DNA of 64,000 bases, from NCBI GenBank assembly GCA_964016885.1, contig OZ024741.1, positions 25,420,001-25,484,000 on the forward strand, read 5' to 3'. The translations under genes and the position numbers were made by a program. The stretch comes from Eledone cirrhosa. Lineage: Eukaryota. Every line of letters starts with the position of its first letter. Positions within the stretch are counted from its first letter, which is position 1. This document shows, one piece after another, positions 25,701 to 40,500 of the stretch. Under the pieces are notes generated by a model. That model was not told where the DNA came from, searched no databases, and saw nothing but the letters and a program-made list of their open reading frames with translations.

Positions 25701-28700
25701 TGTCTATGTTGTTTAACCCTTCCATTACCATATTTCTAATAAAAGACACTGTCTATGTTGTTTAACCCTTTTATTACCATATTTCTAATAAAAGACAGTC
25801 TATGTTGTTTAACCCTTTCATTATCATATTTCTAATAAAAGACACTGTCTATGTTGTTTAACTCTTTCATTACCATATTTCTAATAAAAGACACCGTCTA
25901 TGTTGTTTAACCCTTTCATTATCATATTTCTAATAAAAGACACTGTCTATGTTGTTTAACCCTTTCATTACCATATTCCTAATAAAAGACACTGTCTATG
26001 TTGTTTAACCCTTTCATTACCATATTTCTAATAAAAGACACTGTCTATGTTGTTTAACCCTTTCATTACCATATTTCTAATAAAAGACACTGTCTATGAT
26101 GTTTAACCATTTCATTATCATATTTCTAATAAAAGACACTGTCTATGTTGTTTAACCCTTTCATTACCATATTTCTAATAAAAGACACTGTCTATGTTGT
26201 TTAACCCTTTCATTATCATATTTCTAATAGAAGACACTGTCTATGTTGTTTAACCCTTTCATTATCATATTTCTAATAGAAGACACTATGTTGTTTAACC
26301 CTTTCATTACCATATTTCTAATAAAAGACACTGTCTATGTTGTTTAACACTTTCATTACCATATTTCTAATAAAAGACACCGTCTATGTTGTTTAACCCT
26401 TTCATTATCATATTTCTAATAAAAGACACTGTCTATGTTGTTTAACCCTTTCATTACCATATTCCTAATAAAAGACACTGTCTATGTTGTTTAACCCTTT
26501 CATTACCATATTTCTAATAAAAGACACTGTCTATGTTGTTTAACCCTTTCATTACCATATTTCTAATAAAAGACACTGTCTATGATGTTTAACCATTTCA
26601 TTATCATATTTCTAATAAAAGACACTGTCTATGTTGTTTAACCCTTTCATTACCATATTTCTAATAAAAGACACTGTCTATGTTGTTTAACCCTTTCATT
26701 ATCATATTTCTAATAGAAGACACTGTCTATGTTGTTTAACCCTTTCATTATCATATTTCTAATAGAAGACACTATGTTGTTTAACCCTTTCATTACCATA
26801 TTTCTAATAAAAGACACTGTCTATGTTGTTTAACACTTTCATTACCATATTTCTAATAAAAGACACTGTCTATGTTGTTTAACCCTTTCATTACCATATT
26901 TCTAATAAAAGACACTGTCTATGTTGTTTAACCCTTTCATTACCAAATTTCTAATAAAAGACACTGTCTATGTTGTTTAACCCTTTCATTACCATATTTC
27001 TAATAAAAGACACTGTCTATGTTGTTTAACCCTTTCATTACCATGTTTCTAATAAAAGACACTGTCTATGTTGTTTAACCCTTTCATTATCATATTTCTA
27101 ATAGAAGACACTGTCTATGTTGTTTAACCCTTTCATTATCATATTTCTAATAGAAGACACTATGTTGTTTAACCCTTTCATTACCATATTTCTAATAAAA
27201 GACACTGTCTATGTTGTTTAACACTTTCATTACCATATTTCTAATAAAAGACAATGTCTATGTTGTTTAACCCTTTCATTACCATATTTCTAATAAAAGA
27301 CACTGTCTATGATGTTTAACCATTTCATTATCATATTTCTAATAAAAGACACTGTCTATGTTGTTTAACCCTTTCATTACCATATTTCTAATAAAAGACA
27401 CTGTCTATGTTGTTTAACCCTTTCATTACCAAATTTCTAATAAAAGACACTGTCTATGTTGTTTAACCCTTTCATTACCATATTTCTAATAAAAGACACT
27501 GTCTATGTTGTTTAACCCTTTCATTACCATGTTTCTAATAAAAGACACTGTCTATGTTGTTTAACCCTTTCATTACCATATTTCTAATAAAAGACACTGT
27601 CTATGTTGTTTAACCCTTTCATTACCATATTTCTAATAAAAGACACTGTCCATGTTGTTTAACCCTTTCATTACCATATTTCTAATAAAAGACACTGTCT
27701 ATGTTGTTTAACCCTTTCATTACCATATTTCTAATAAAAGACACTGTCTATGTTGTTTAACCCTTTCATTATCATATTTCTAATAAAAGACACTGTCTAT
27801 GTTGTTTAACTTTTCATTACCATATTTCTAATAAAAGACACTGTCTATGTTGTTTAACCCTTTCATTACCATATTTCTAATAAAAGACACTGTCTATGTT
27901 GTTTAACCCTTTCATTACCATATTTCTAATAAAAGACACTGTCTATGTTGTTTAACCCTTCCATTACCATATTTCTAATAAAAGACACTGTCTATGTTGT
28001 TTAACCCTTTCATTACCATATTTCTAATAAAAGACAGTATGTTGTTTAACCCTTTCATTATCATATTTCTAATAAAAGACACTGTCTATGTTGTTTAACC
28101 CTTTCATTACAATATTTCTAATAAAAGACGCTGTCTATGTTGTTTAACCCTTTCATTACCATATTTCTAATAAAAGACACTGTCTATGTTGTTTAACCCT
28201 TTCATTACCATATTCCTAATAAAAGACACTGTCTATGTTGTTTAACCCTTTCATTACCATATTTCTAATAAAAGACACTGTCTATGTTGTTTAACCCTTT
28301 CATTACCATATTTCTAATAAAAGACACTGTCTATGATGTTTAACCATTTCATTATCATATTTCTAATAAAAGACACTGTCTATGTTGTTTAACCCTTTCA
28401 TTACCATATTTCTAATAAAAGACACTGTCTATGTTGTTTAACCCTTTCATTATCATATTTCTAATAGAAGACACTGTCTATGTTGTTTAACCCTTTCATT
28501 ACCATATTTCTAATAAAAGACACTGTCTATGTTGTTTAACCCTTTCATTACCATATTTCTAATAAAAGACACTGTCTATGTTGTTTAACCCTTCCATTAC
28601 CATATTTCTAATAAAAGACACTGTCTATGTTGTTTAACCCTTTTATTACCATATTTCTAATAAAAGACAGTCTATGTTGTTTAACCCTTTCATTATCATA

Positions 28701-31700
28701 TTTCTAATAAAAGACACTGTCTATGTTGTTTAACTCTTTCATTACCATATTTCTAATAAAAGACACCGTCTATGTTGTTTAACCCTTTCATTATCATATT
28801 TCTAATAAAAGACACTGTCTATGTTGTTTAACCCTTTCATTACCATATTCCTAATAAAAGACACTGTCTATGTTGTTTAACCCTTTCATTACCATATTTC
28901 TAATAAAAGACACTGTCTATGTTGTTTAACCCTTTCATTACCATATTTCTAATAAAAGACACTGTCTATGATGTTTAACCATTTCATTATCATATTTCTA
29001 ATAAAAGACACTGTCTATGTTGTTTAACCCTTTCATTACCATATTTCTAATAAAAGACACTGTCTATGTTGTTTAACCCTTTCATTATCATATTTCTAAT
29101 AGAAGACACTGTCTATGTTGTTTAACCCTTTCATTATCATATTTCTAATAGAAGACACTATGTTGTTTAACCCTTTCATTACCATATTTCTAATAAAAGA
29201 CACTGTCTATGTTGTTTAACACTTTCATTACCATATTTCTAATAAAAGACACCGTCTATGTTGTTTAACCCTTTCATTATCATATTTCTAATAAAAGACA
29301 CTGTCTATGTTGTTTAACCCTTTCATTACCATATTCCTAATAAAAGACACTGTCTATGTTGTTTAACCCTTTCATTACCATATTTCTAATAAAAGACACT
29401 GTCTATGTTGTTTAACCCTTTCATTACCATATTTCTAATAAAAGACACTGTCTATGATGTTTAACCATTTCATTATCATATTTCTAATAAAAGACACTGT
29501 CTATGTTGTTTAACCCTTTCATTACCATATTTCTAATAAAAGACACTGTCTATGTTGTTTAACCCTTTCATTATCATATTTCTAATAGAAGACACTGTCT
29601 ATGTTGTTTAACCCTTTCATTATCATATTTCTAATAGAAGACACTATGTTGTTTAACCCTTTCATTACCATATTTCTAATAAAAGACACTGTCTATGTTG
29701 TTTAACACTTTCATTACCATATTTCTAATAAAAGACACTGTCTATGTTGTTTAACCCTTTCATTACCATATTTCTAATAAAAGACACTGTCTATGTTGTT
29801 TAACCCTTTCATTACCAAATTTCTAATAAAAGACACTGTCTATGTTGTTTAACCCTTTCATTACCATATTTCTAATAAAAGACACTGTCTATGTTGTTTA
29901 ACCCTTTCATTACCATGTTTCTAATAAAAGACACTGTCTATGTTGTTTAACCCTTTCATTATCATATTTCTAATAGAAGACACTGTCTATGTTGTTTAAC
30001 CCTTTCATTATCATATTTCTAATAGAAGACACTATGTTGTTTAACCCTTTCATTACCATATTTCTAATAAAAGACACTGTCTATGTTGTTTAACACTTTC
30101 ATTACCATATTTCTAATAAAAGACAATGTCTATGTTGTTTAACCCTTTCATTACCATATTTCTAATAAAAGACACTGTCTATGATGTTTAACCATTTCAT
30201 TATCATATTTCTAATAAAAGACACTGTCTATGTTGTTTAACCCTTTCATTACCATATTTCTAATAAAAGACACTGTCTATGTTGTTTAACCCTTTCATTA
30301 CCAAATTTCTAATAAAAGACACTGTCTATGTTGTTTAACCCTTTCATTACCATATTTCTAATAAAAGACACTGTCTATGTTGTTTAACCCTTTCATTACC
30401 ATGTTTCTAATAAAAGACACTGTCTATGTTGTTTAACCCTTTCATTACCATATTTCTAATAAAAGACACTGTCTATGTTGTTTAACCCTTTCATTACCAT
30501 ATTTCTAATAAAAGACACTGTCCATGTTGTTTAACCCTTTCATTACCATATTTCTAATAAAAGACACTGTCTATGTTGTTTAACCCTTTCATTACCATAT
30601 TTCTAATAAAAGACACTGTCTATGTTGTTTAACCCTTTCATTATCATATTTCTAATAAAAGACACTGTCTATGTTGTTTAACTTTTCATTACCATATTTC
30701 TAATAAAAGACACTGTCTATGTTGTTTAACCCTTTCATTACCATATTTCTAATAAAAGACACTGTCTATGTTGTTTAACCCTTTCATTACCATATTTCTA
30801 ATAAAAGACACTGTCTATGTTGTTTAACCCTTCCATTACCATATTTCTAATAAAAGACACTGTCTATGTTGTTTAACCCTTTCATTACCATATTTCTAAT
30901 AAAAGACAGTATGTTGTTTAACCCTTTCATTATCATATTTCTAATAAAAGACACTGTCTATGTTGTTTAACCCTTTCATTACAATATTTCTAATAAAAGA
31001 CGCTGTCTATGTTGTTTAACCCTTTCATTACCATATTTCTAATAAAAGACACTGTCTATGTTGTTTAACCCTTTCATTACCATATTCCTAATAAAAGACA
31101 CTGTCTATGTTGTTTAACCCTTTCATTACCATATTTCTAATAAAAGACACTGTCTATGTTGTTTAACCCTTTCATTACCATATTTCTAATAAAAGACACT
31201 GTCTATGATGTTTAACCATTTCATTATCATATTTCTAATAAAAGACACTGTCTATGTTGTTTAACCCTTTCATTACCATATTTCTAATAAAAGACACTGT
31301 CTATGTTGTTTAACCCTTTCATTATCATATTTCTAATAGAAGACACTGTCTATGTTGTTTAACCCTTTCATTATCATATTTCTAATAGAAGACACTATGT
31401 TGTTTAACCCTTTCATTACCATATTTCTAATAAAAGACACTGTCTATGTTGTTTAACACTTTCATTACCATATTTCTAATAAAAGACACCGTCTATGTTG
31501 TTTAACCCTTTCATTATCATATTTCTAATAAAAGACACTGTCTATGTTGTTTAACCCTTTCATTACCATATTCCTAATAAAAGACACTGTCTATGTTGTT
31601 TAACCCTTTCATTACCATATTTCTAATAAAAGACACTGTCTATGTTGTTTAACCCTTTCATTACCATATTTCTAATAAAAGACACTGTCTATGATGTTTA

Positions 31701-34700
31701 ACCATTTCATTATCATATTTCTAATAAAAGACACTGTCTATGTTGTTTAACCCTTTCATTACCATATTTCTAATAAAAGACACTGTCTATGTTGTTTAAC
31801 CCTTTCATTATCATATTTCTAATAGAAGACACTGTCTATGTTGTTTAACCCTTTCATTATCATATTTCTAATAGAAGACACTATGTTGTTTAACCCTTTC
31901 ATTACCATATTTCTAATAAAAGACACTGTCTATGTTGTTTAACACTTTCATTACCATATTTCTAATAAAAGACACTGTCTATGTTGTTTAACCCTTTCAT
32001 TACCATATTTCTAATAAAAGACACTGTCTATGATGTTTAACCATTTCATTATCATATTTCTAATAAAAGACACTGTCTATGTTGTTTAACCCTTTCATTA
32101 CCATATTTCTAATAAAAGACACTGTCTATGTTGTTTAACCCTTTCATTACCAAATTTCTAATAAAAGACACTGTCTATGTTGTTTAACCCTTTCATTACC
32201 ATATTTCTAATAAAAGACACTGTCTATGTTGTTTAACCCTTTCATTACCATGTTTCTAATAAAAGACACTGTCTATGTTGTTTAACCCTTTCATTATCAT
32301 ATTTCTAATAGAAGACACTGTCTATGTTGTTTAACCCTTTCATTATCATATTTCTAATAGAAGACACTATGTTGTTTAACCCTTTCATTACCATATTTCT
32401 AATAAAAGACACTGTCTATGTTGTTTAACACTTTCATTACCATATTTCTAATAAAAGACAATGTCTATGTTGTTTAACCCTTTCATTACCATATTTCTAA
32501 TAAAAGACACTGTCTATGATGTTTAACCATTTCATTATCATATTTCTAATAAAAGACACTGTCTATGTTGTTTAACCCTTTCATTACCATATTTCTAATA
32601 AAAGACACTGTCTATGTTGTTTAACCCTTTCATTACCAAATTTCTAATAAAAGACACTGTCTATGTTGTTTAACCCTTTCATTACCATATTTCTAATAAA
32701 AGACACTGTCTATGTTGTTTAACCCTTTCATTACCATGTTTCTAATAAAAGACACTGTCTATGTTGTTTAACCCTTTCATTACCATATTTCTAATAAAAG
32801 ACACTGTCTATGTTGTTTAACCCTTTCATTACCATATTTCTAATAAAAGACACTGTCCATGTTGTTTAACCCTTTCATTACCATATTTCTAATAAAAGAC
32901 AGTATGTTGTTTAACCCTTTCATTATCATATTTCTAATAAAAGACACTGTCTATGTTGTTTAACCCTTTCATTACAATATTTCTAATAAAAGACGCTGTC
33001 TATGTTGTTTACCCTTTCATTACCATATTTCTAATAAAAGACACTGTCTATGTTGTTTAACCCTTTCATTACCATATTTCTAATAAAAGACACTGTCTAT
33101 ATTGTTTAACCCTTTCATTACCATATTTCTAATAAAAGACACTGTCTATGTTGTTTAACCCTTTCATTATCATATTTCTAATAAAAGACACTGTCTATGT
33201 TGTTTAACTTTTCATTACCATATTTCTAATAAAAGACACTGTCTATGTTGTTTAACCCTTTCATTACCATATTTCTAATAAAAGACACTGTCTATGTTGA
33301 TTAACCCTTTCATTACCATATTTCTAATAAAAGACACTGTCTATGTTGTTTAACCCTTTCATTACCATATTTCTAATAAAAGACACTGTCTATGTTGTTT
33401 AACCCTTTCATTACCATATTTCTAATAAAAGACACTGTCTATGTTGTTTAACCCTTTCATTACCATATTTCTAATAGAAGACACTGTCTATGTTGTTTAA
33501 CCCTTTCATTATCATATTTCTAATAAAAGACACTGTCTATGTTGTTTAACCCTTTCATTACCATATTTCTAATAAAAGACACTGTCTATGTTGTTTAACC
33601 CTTTCATTACCATATTTCTAATAAAAGACACTGTCTATGTTGTTTAACCCTTTCATTACCATATTTCTAATAAAAGACACTGTCTATGTTGTTTAACCCT
33701 TTCATTATCATATTTCTAATAAAAGACACTGTCTATGTTGTTTAACCCTTTCATTACCATATTTCTAATAAAAGACACTGTCTATGTTGTTTAACCCTTT
33801 CATTACCATATTTCTAATAAAAGACACTGTCTACGTTGTTTAACCCTTTCATTACCATATTTCTAATAAAAGACACTGTCTATGTTGTTTAACCCTTTCA
33901 TTACCATATTTCTAATAAAAGACACTGTCTATGTTGTTTAACCCTTTCATTACCATATTTCTAATAGAAGACACTGTCTATGTTGTTTAACCCTTTTATT
34001 ATCATATTTCTAATAAAAGACACTGTCTATGTTGTTTAACCCTTTCATTACCATATTTCTAATAAAAGACACTGTCTATGTTGTTTAACCCTTTCATTAC
34101 CATATTTCTAATAAAAGACACTGTCTATGTTGTTTAACCCTTTCATTACCATATTTCTAATAAAAAACACTGTCTGTTGTTTAACCCTTTCATTACCATA
34201 TTTCTAATAAAAGACACTGTCTATGTTGTTTAACCCTTTCATTACCATATTTCTAATAAAAGACACTGTCTATGTTGTTTAACCCTTTCATTACCATATT
34301 TCTAATAAAAGACACTGTCTATGTTGTTTAACCCTTTCATTACCATATTTCTAATAAAAGACACTGTCTATGTTGTTTAACCCTTTCATTACCATATTTC
34401 TAATAAAAGACACTGTCTATGTTGTTTAACCCTTTCATTACCATATTTCTAATAAAAGACACTGTCTATGTTGTTTAACCCTTTCATTACCATGTTTCTA
34501 ATAAAAGACACTGTCTATGTTGTTTAACCCTTTCATTACCATATTTCTAATAAAAGACACTGTCTATGTTGTTTAACCCTTTCATTACCATATTTCTAAT
34601 AAAAGACACTGTCCATGTTGTTTAACCCTTTCATTACCATATTTCTAATAAAAGACACTGTCTATGTTGTTTAACCCTTTCATTACCATATTTCTAATAA

Positions 34701-37124
34701 AAGACACTGTCTATGTTGTTTAACCCTTTCATTACCATATTTCTAATAAAAGACACTGTCTATGTTGTTTAACCCTTTCATTACCATATTTCTAATAAAA
34801 GACACTGTCTATGTTGTTTAACCCTTTCATTACCATATTTCTAATAAAAGACACTGTCTATGTTGTTTAACCCTTTCATTATCATATTTCTAATAAAAGA
34901 CACTGTCTATGTTGTTTAACTTTTCATTACCATATTTCTAATAAAAGACACTGTCTATGTTGTTTAACCCTTTCATTACCATATTTCTAATAAAAGACAC
35001 TGTCTATGTTGTTTAACCCTTTCATTACCATATTTCTAATAAAAGACACTGTCTATGTTGTTTAACCCTTCCATTACCATATTTCTAATAAAAGACACTG
35101 TCTATGTTGTTTAACCCTTTTATTACCATATTTCTAATAAAAGACAGTCTATGTTGTTTAACCCTTTCATTATCATATTTCTAATAAAAGACACTGTCTA
35201 TGTTGTTTAACTCTTTCATTACCATATTTCTAATAAAAGACACCGTCTATGTTGTTTAACCCTTTCATTATCATATTTCTAATAAAAGACACTGTCTATG
35301 TTGTTTAACCCTTTCATTACCATATTCCTAATAAAAGACACTGTCTATGTTGTTTAACCCTTTCATTACCATATTTCTAATAAAAGACACTGTCTATGTT
35401 GTTTAACCCTTTCATTACCATATTTCTAATAAAAGACACTGTCTATGATGTTTAACCATTTCATTATCATATTTCTAATAAAAGACACTGTCTATGTTGT
35501 TTAACCCTTTCATTACCATATTTCTAATAAAAGACACTGTCTATGTTGTTTAACCCTTTCATTATCATATTTCTAATAGAAGACACTGTCTATGTTGTTT
35601 AACCCTTTCATTATCATATTTCTAATAGAAGACACTATGTTGTTTAACCCTTTCATTACCATATTTCTAATAAAAGACACTGTCTATGTTGTTTAACACT
35701 TTCATTACCATATTTCTAATAAAAGACACCGTCTATGTTGTTTAACCCTTTCATTATCATATTTCTAATAAAAGACACTGTCTATGTTGTTTAACCCTTT
35801 CATTACCATATTCCTAATAAAAGACACTGTCTATGTTGTTTAACCCTTTCATTACCATATTTCTAATAAAAGACACTGTCTATGTTGTTTAACCCTTTCA
35901 TTACCATATTTCTAATAAAAGACACTGTCTATGATGTTTAACCATTTCATTATCATATTTCTAATAAAAGACACTGTCTATGTTGTTTAACCCTTTCATT
36001 ACCATATTTCTAATAAAAGACACTGTCTATGTTGTTTAACCCTTTCATTATCATATTTCTAAGAGAAGACACTGTCTATGTTGTTTAACCCTTTCATTAT
36101 CATATTTCTAATAGAAGACACTATGTTGTTTAACCCTTTCATTACCATATTTCTAATAAAAGACACTGTCTATGTTGTTTAACACTTTCATTACCATATT
36201 TCTAATAAAAGACACTGTCTATGTTGTTTAACCCTTTCATTACCATATTTCTAATAAAAGACACTGTCTATGTTGTTTAACCCTTTCATTACCAAATTTC
36301 TAATAAAAGACACTGTCTATGTTGTTTAACCCTTTCATTACCATATTTCTAATAAAAGACACTGTCTATGTTGTTTAACCCTTTCATTACCATGTTTCTA
36401 ATAAAAGACACTGTCTATGTTGTTTAACCCTTTCATTATCATATTTCTAATAGAAGACACTGTCTATGTTGTTTAACCCTTTCATTATCATATTTCTAAT
36501 AGAAGACACTATGTTGTTTAACCCTTTCATTACCATATTTCTAATAAAAGACACTGTCTATGTTGTTTAACACTTTCATTACCATATTTCTAATAAAAGA
36601 CAATGTCTATGTTGTTTAACCCTTTCATTACCATATTTCTAATAAAAGACACTGTCTATGATGTTTAACCATTTCATTATCATATTTCTAATAAAAGACA
36701 CTGTCTATGTTGTTTAACCCTTTCATTACCATATTTCTAATAAAAGACACTGTCTATGTTGTTTAACCCTTTCATTACCAAATTTCTAATAAAAGACACT
36801 GTCTATGTTGTTTAACCCTTTCATTACCATATTTCTAATAAAAGACACTGTCTATGTTGTTTAACCCTTTCATTACCATGTTTCTAATAAAAGACACTGT
36901 CTATGTTGTTTAACCCTTTCATTACCATATTTCTAATAAAAGACACTGTCTATGTTGTTTAACCCTTTCATTACCATATTTCTAATAAAAGACACTGTCC
37001 ATGTTGTTTAACCCTTTCATTACCATATTTCTAATAAAAGACACTGTCTATGTTGTTTAACCCTTTCATTACCATATTTCTAATAAAAGACACTGTCTAT
37101 GTTGTTTAACCCTTTCATTATCAT
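22770..37124. repeat. Satellite array 3 (left part), 49-bp monomer TCTAATAAAAGACACTGTCTATGTTGTTTAACCCTTTCATTACCATATT, about 290 copies
   Basis: Period 49 read directly (e.g. 23041 to 23090). Recurrent shorter monomers and substitution variants form higher-order repeats. Confidence 0.98.
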
Positions 37125-37143
37125 CATCATCATCATCATCATC
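37120..37143 (-). repeat. (GAT)8 3' tail of the RTE element
   Basis: (ATC)8 on the plus strand; its first bases overlap the satellite variant CATTATCAT. Confidence 0.9.
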
Positions 37144-37515
37144 AGCGTTTAACGTCCGTGTTCCACGCTTGCATGGGTTTGGACGGGGGTAGTCCCACTT
37201 GAGGCAAGAGTGATTGTCTTGCTCGCATAGGACTGTCTGGCAGGTTTTCTACAGTTGGATGCCCTTCCTAACACCAACCACATTTACAGTGTGGGTCTGG
37301 GAGGTTTTTACCGTGTTGCCTACACGGCCACATTACAGCGTGGACTGTGTGTTTTTTTGTCGTGACACCTACACGATCTCATTTGTTTCGGCCTCGATGG
37401 CGCGGCACCAACATAACTTTACCTAGAACGGGGGGGGTGTGGATCGGGTGGGGGTGGTGGGACGGGGTGTATTTGTTAGAGATGCCTACTGGCTGGAGTA
37501 GGTTTTACTATATAT

Positions 37516-40500
37516 TTAGGTAAGGCGGGTCTTCTCTGTTACTGAGTACCGCCAAAGGTCTCGGTCCAGTGACATTGTCTTGGAGAGGTGTAAGTGTGTG
37601 ATGTCGGAGTTTATCAGCTCGTCCCAGGTTTTTCTAGGTCTGCCTATTCCGTGACTACCGTCTATCTTTATTGCCCTGCACTTTGTTATACAGCTATCGA
37701 CTTTCATGCGCATCACGTGTCCATACCAACGTAGCCTTCTCTCGAGTAAACAACATCTGATCCCTCTTATCTCTAATTTATTCCTTAGTTCGTTTATGCT
37801 TTGCCGTTCACGTATATTACTGTTACACATCCAGCGGAGCATGCAAGCTTCGTTCCTCTCTAGTCTGCGTATATCCTCTGCACACAATGCCCAGGTCTCA
37901 CTGCCATGCAGCATTGCTGTTCGTATGCAGGCATCGTACAACCTGCCTTTCATTTTTAGTGAGAACCCTTTAGCAGCTAATAGTGGTATAAGCTCTCTGA
38001 ACTTTTTCCAACCAGTTCTGACTCTAGCTACAGTACTTTCAGAGCACCCTCCCCCACTGCTGATTTTATCGCCCAGGTAACGGAAGCTGTCCACTATTTC
38101 TATAGAACCCTCTGCGCAATTGAAAGAGCTAGTAGTTTGTGGGCACTTGCTGCTACTTATTGCACCAGAGCACCGGCCACATGTAAAATCTATGTTCTTA
38201 GTTAGCCTACCTGTGATCCCACTACATCTTTTATGCACCCATACTTTGCATTTAGGACATAAAATGGAGTTTCTACCTACGCCTTTCCTACACACCGAGC
38301 ACGACCATTTCCCAGAAGGGACCGCCGCCTTGTTTTCTTTCCTACAAACTAGTACTTTGGTCTTAGCCAGGTTAATTTTAAGTCCTTTTGACTCTAGGCC
38401 GTGCTTCCATGTTTGGAATTTCTTCTCTAGCTCGGCCATTGATTCCGCTATGAGTGTCAGGTCGTCTGCGTATAGGAGTTCCCATGGGCAGCCTGTCTTG
38501 AACTCCTCTGTTATGGCCTGAAGGGCAATAATAAATAGTAGTGGACTGAGAACAGAGCCCTGATGGACGCCGACTTTTACGCTAAACTCTTCACTATATT
38601 CGTTGTTAATTCTAACCTTGCTGACTGTTTCTTTATACATGGCTTGTATAGCCCTCACAAGCCATTCGTCAACGCCTAGTTTTCTAAGAGCCCACCAGAT
38701 AATGGAGCGGGGGACTCTGTCGAAGGCTTTCTCCAAGTCGACAAAAGCTAAGTAGAGGGGTTTACCTTTAGCTAGGTACTTCTCTTGTAGTTGTCGTACT
38801 ATGAAAAGAGCGTCTGTGGTACTTTTGCCTGACACAAACCCGAACTGCATTTCATCTAGGTCAATTCTCTCTCTGATTAGCTGCGCTATTACTCTTTCCG
38901 TGACCTTCATGACCTGGTCGATTAATTTAATGCCTCTATAGTTACTCCTATCTAGGGCGTCTCCTTTACCCTTATAACAGTTAACGATGATGCTGCTATG
39001 CCAGTCCTTCGGAACAACCCCGTTTTGTACGACTTGGTTAACTATGCGGGTGACCATGGTGTGTCCCACCGTGCCAGATGCCTTCAGCATCTCAGCAACT
39101 ATTTCCGAAGGCCCAGCCGCCTTACCAGTCTTCATATCCTTGATTGCCTTACTTATTATACTCCCCTCGACTAACACTGCTGGTCCCTCTATTGGGTCGA
39201 TATGGGGGAGACTGCCTTTCTCCCAATTATTCTCCTCATTTAGAAGCCTTTCATAGTGACACTTCCAAGCTACCTTCTTATCAGCGTCGGTGATGGCAAG
39301 TGTGCCATCGTCGTTTAGTACACACTTCTCCCCGACAATATCACGGTTTTCCTTGACGCATTGCCTAGCAATCCTGAACACCTCACGTTTTTGGTCATCG
39401 CGTTGTAGAACATGCTTGAACTTTCTTTCCTCAGCTTCCCTTCTTGCTAAGTACACTTGTCTCCTAGCTTCCCTCCTGGCCACTTGATAGTCCTCTCTAC
39501 TTCCCCCATCCCGCCATACTTTCCAAGCCTGCTTTTTGGCCTTAATTGACCCCTCCACCTTACTGTTCCACCACCATGTTACTCTCCTCCTGCCTACAGG
39601 CCTGCTCCAGCCACAGACCTCGTCTGTCGCCAGCAGCAGGTTTGCTTTCAGAAATTCCCACTCTCCCTCTATATTGTCCGACTCTAAATGTTCTTCCTTA
39701 CTGTCGAAAGCATCAAGTAATATGCTTTGAAATTTATTCCTGGCTGTGGGGTCCTTTAACTTCCATATTTTCCTCCTGAGGATAGTCCTCTTCTGTTGTC
39801 GAGTACGTCTCGTCCTGACTATGAGGTCGCTAATTATCAGTCTATGTTGGGAGTTGCATTCTTCATGGGGGAGGGATTTAGTGTTAACAACAGACACTCT
39901 GTCACGTCTTCTGGTAAGGATATAATCTACCTGGCTTGTGTGTTCCCCGGATCTATAGGTGATCAGGTGATTGTCACGTTTTTTGAAGTTAGTGTTACAG
40001 ATAGTTAGGTTATTTGCATCACAGAATTCCAGGATTCTGGAGCCTTCCTCATTTCTAGTACCAAACCCATAGCCTCCATGGATTTCGTCGTAGCCGTCAC
40101 AATGTTGTCCAACGTGACCATTTAGGTCGCCTGCGATAATTATATAGTCACTGTCGGATATTTGGGAGGTAGTTAGCATCAGTGTCTCATAGAATCTGTC
40201 TTTTATAGTGCCGGGCAGTCCGGATTGGGGTGCGTACGCAGATATTACTGTCACCGTAGTTCTATTGAGGACAAGTCGTATTTTAATTATTCTGTCGTTC
40301 ACTCTATTTACGTCTATTATCTTATCTGCCCACTTTTCTGCTACCATGATTCCTACTCCACCCAGCCCATCGTCGTTTCCCACCCAGAAAAGCTTATAAC
40401 AACGTTTTTTACCCTCAATGAACCTAGCAGACCCACCCCTCCACCTGGTCTCTTGAATACAACAAACATCGACCTCCTTACGTTCAAGCATTTCTACAAC

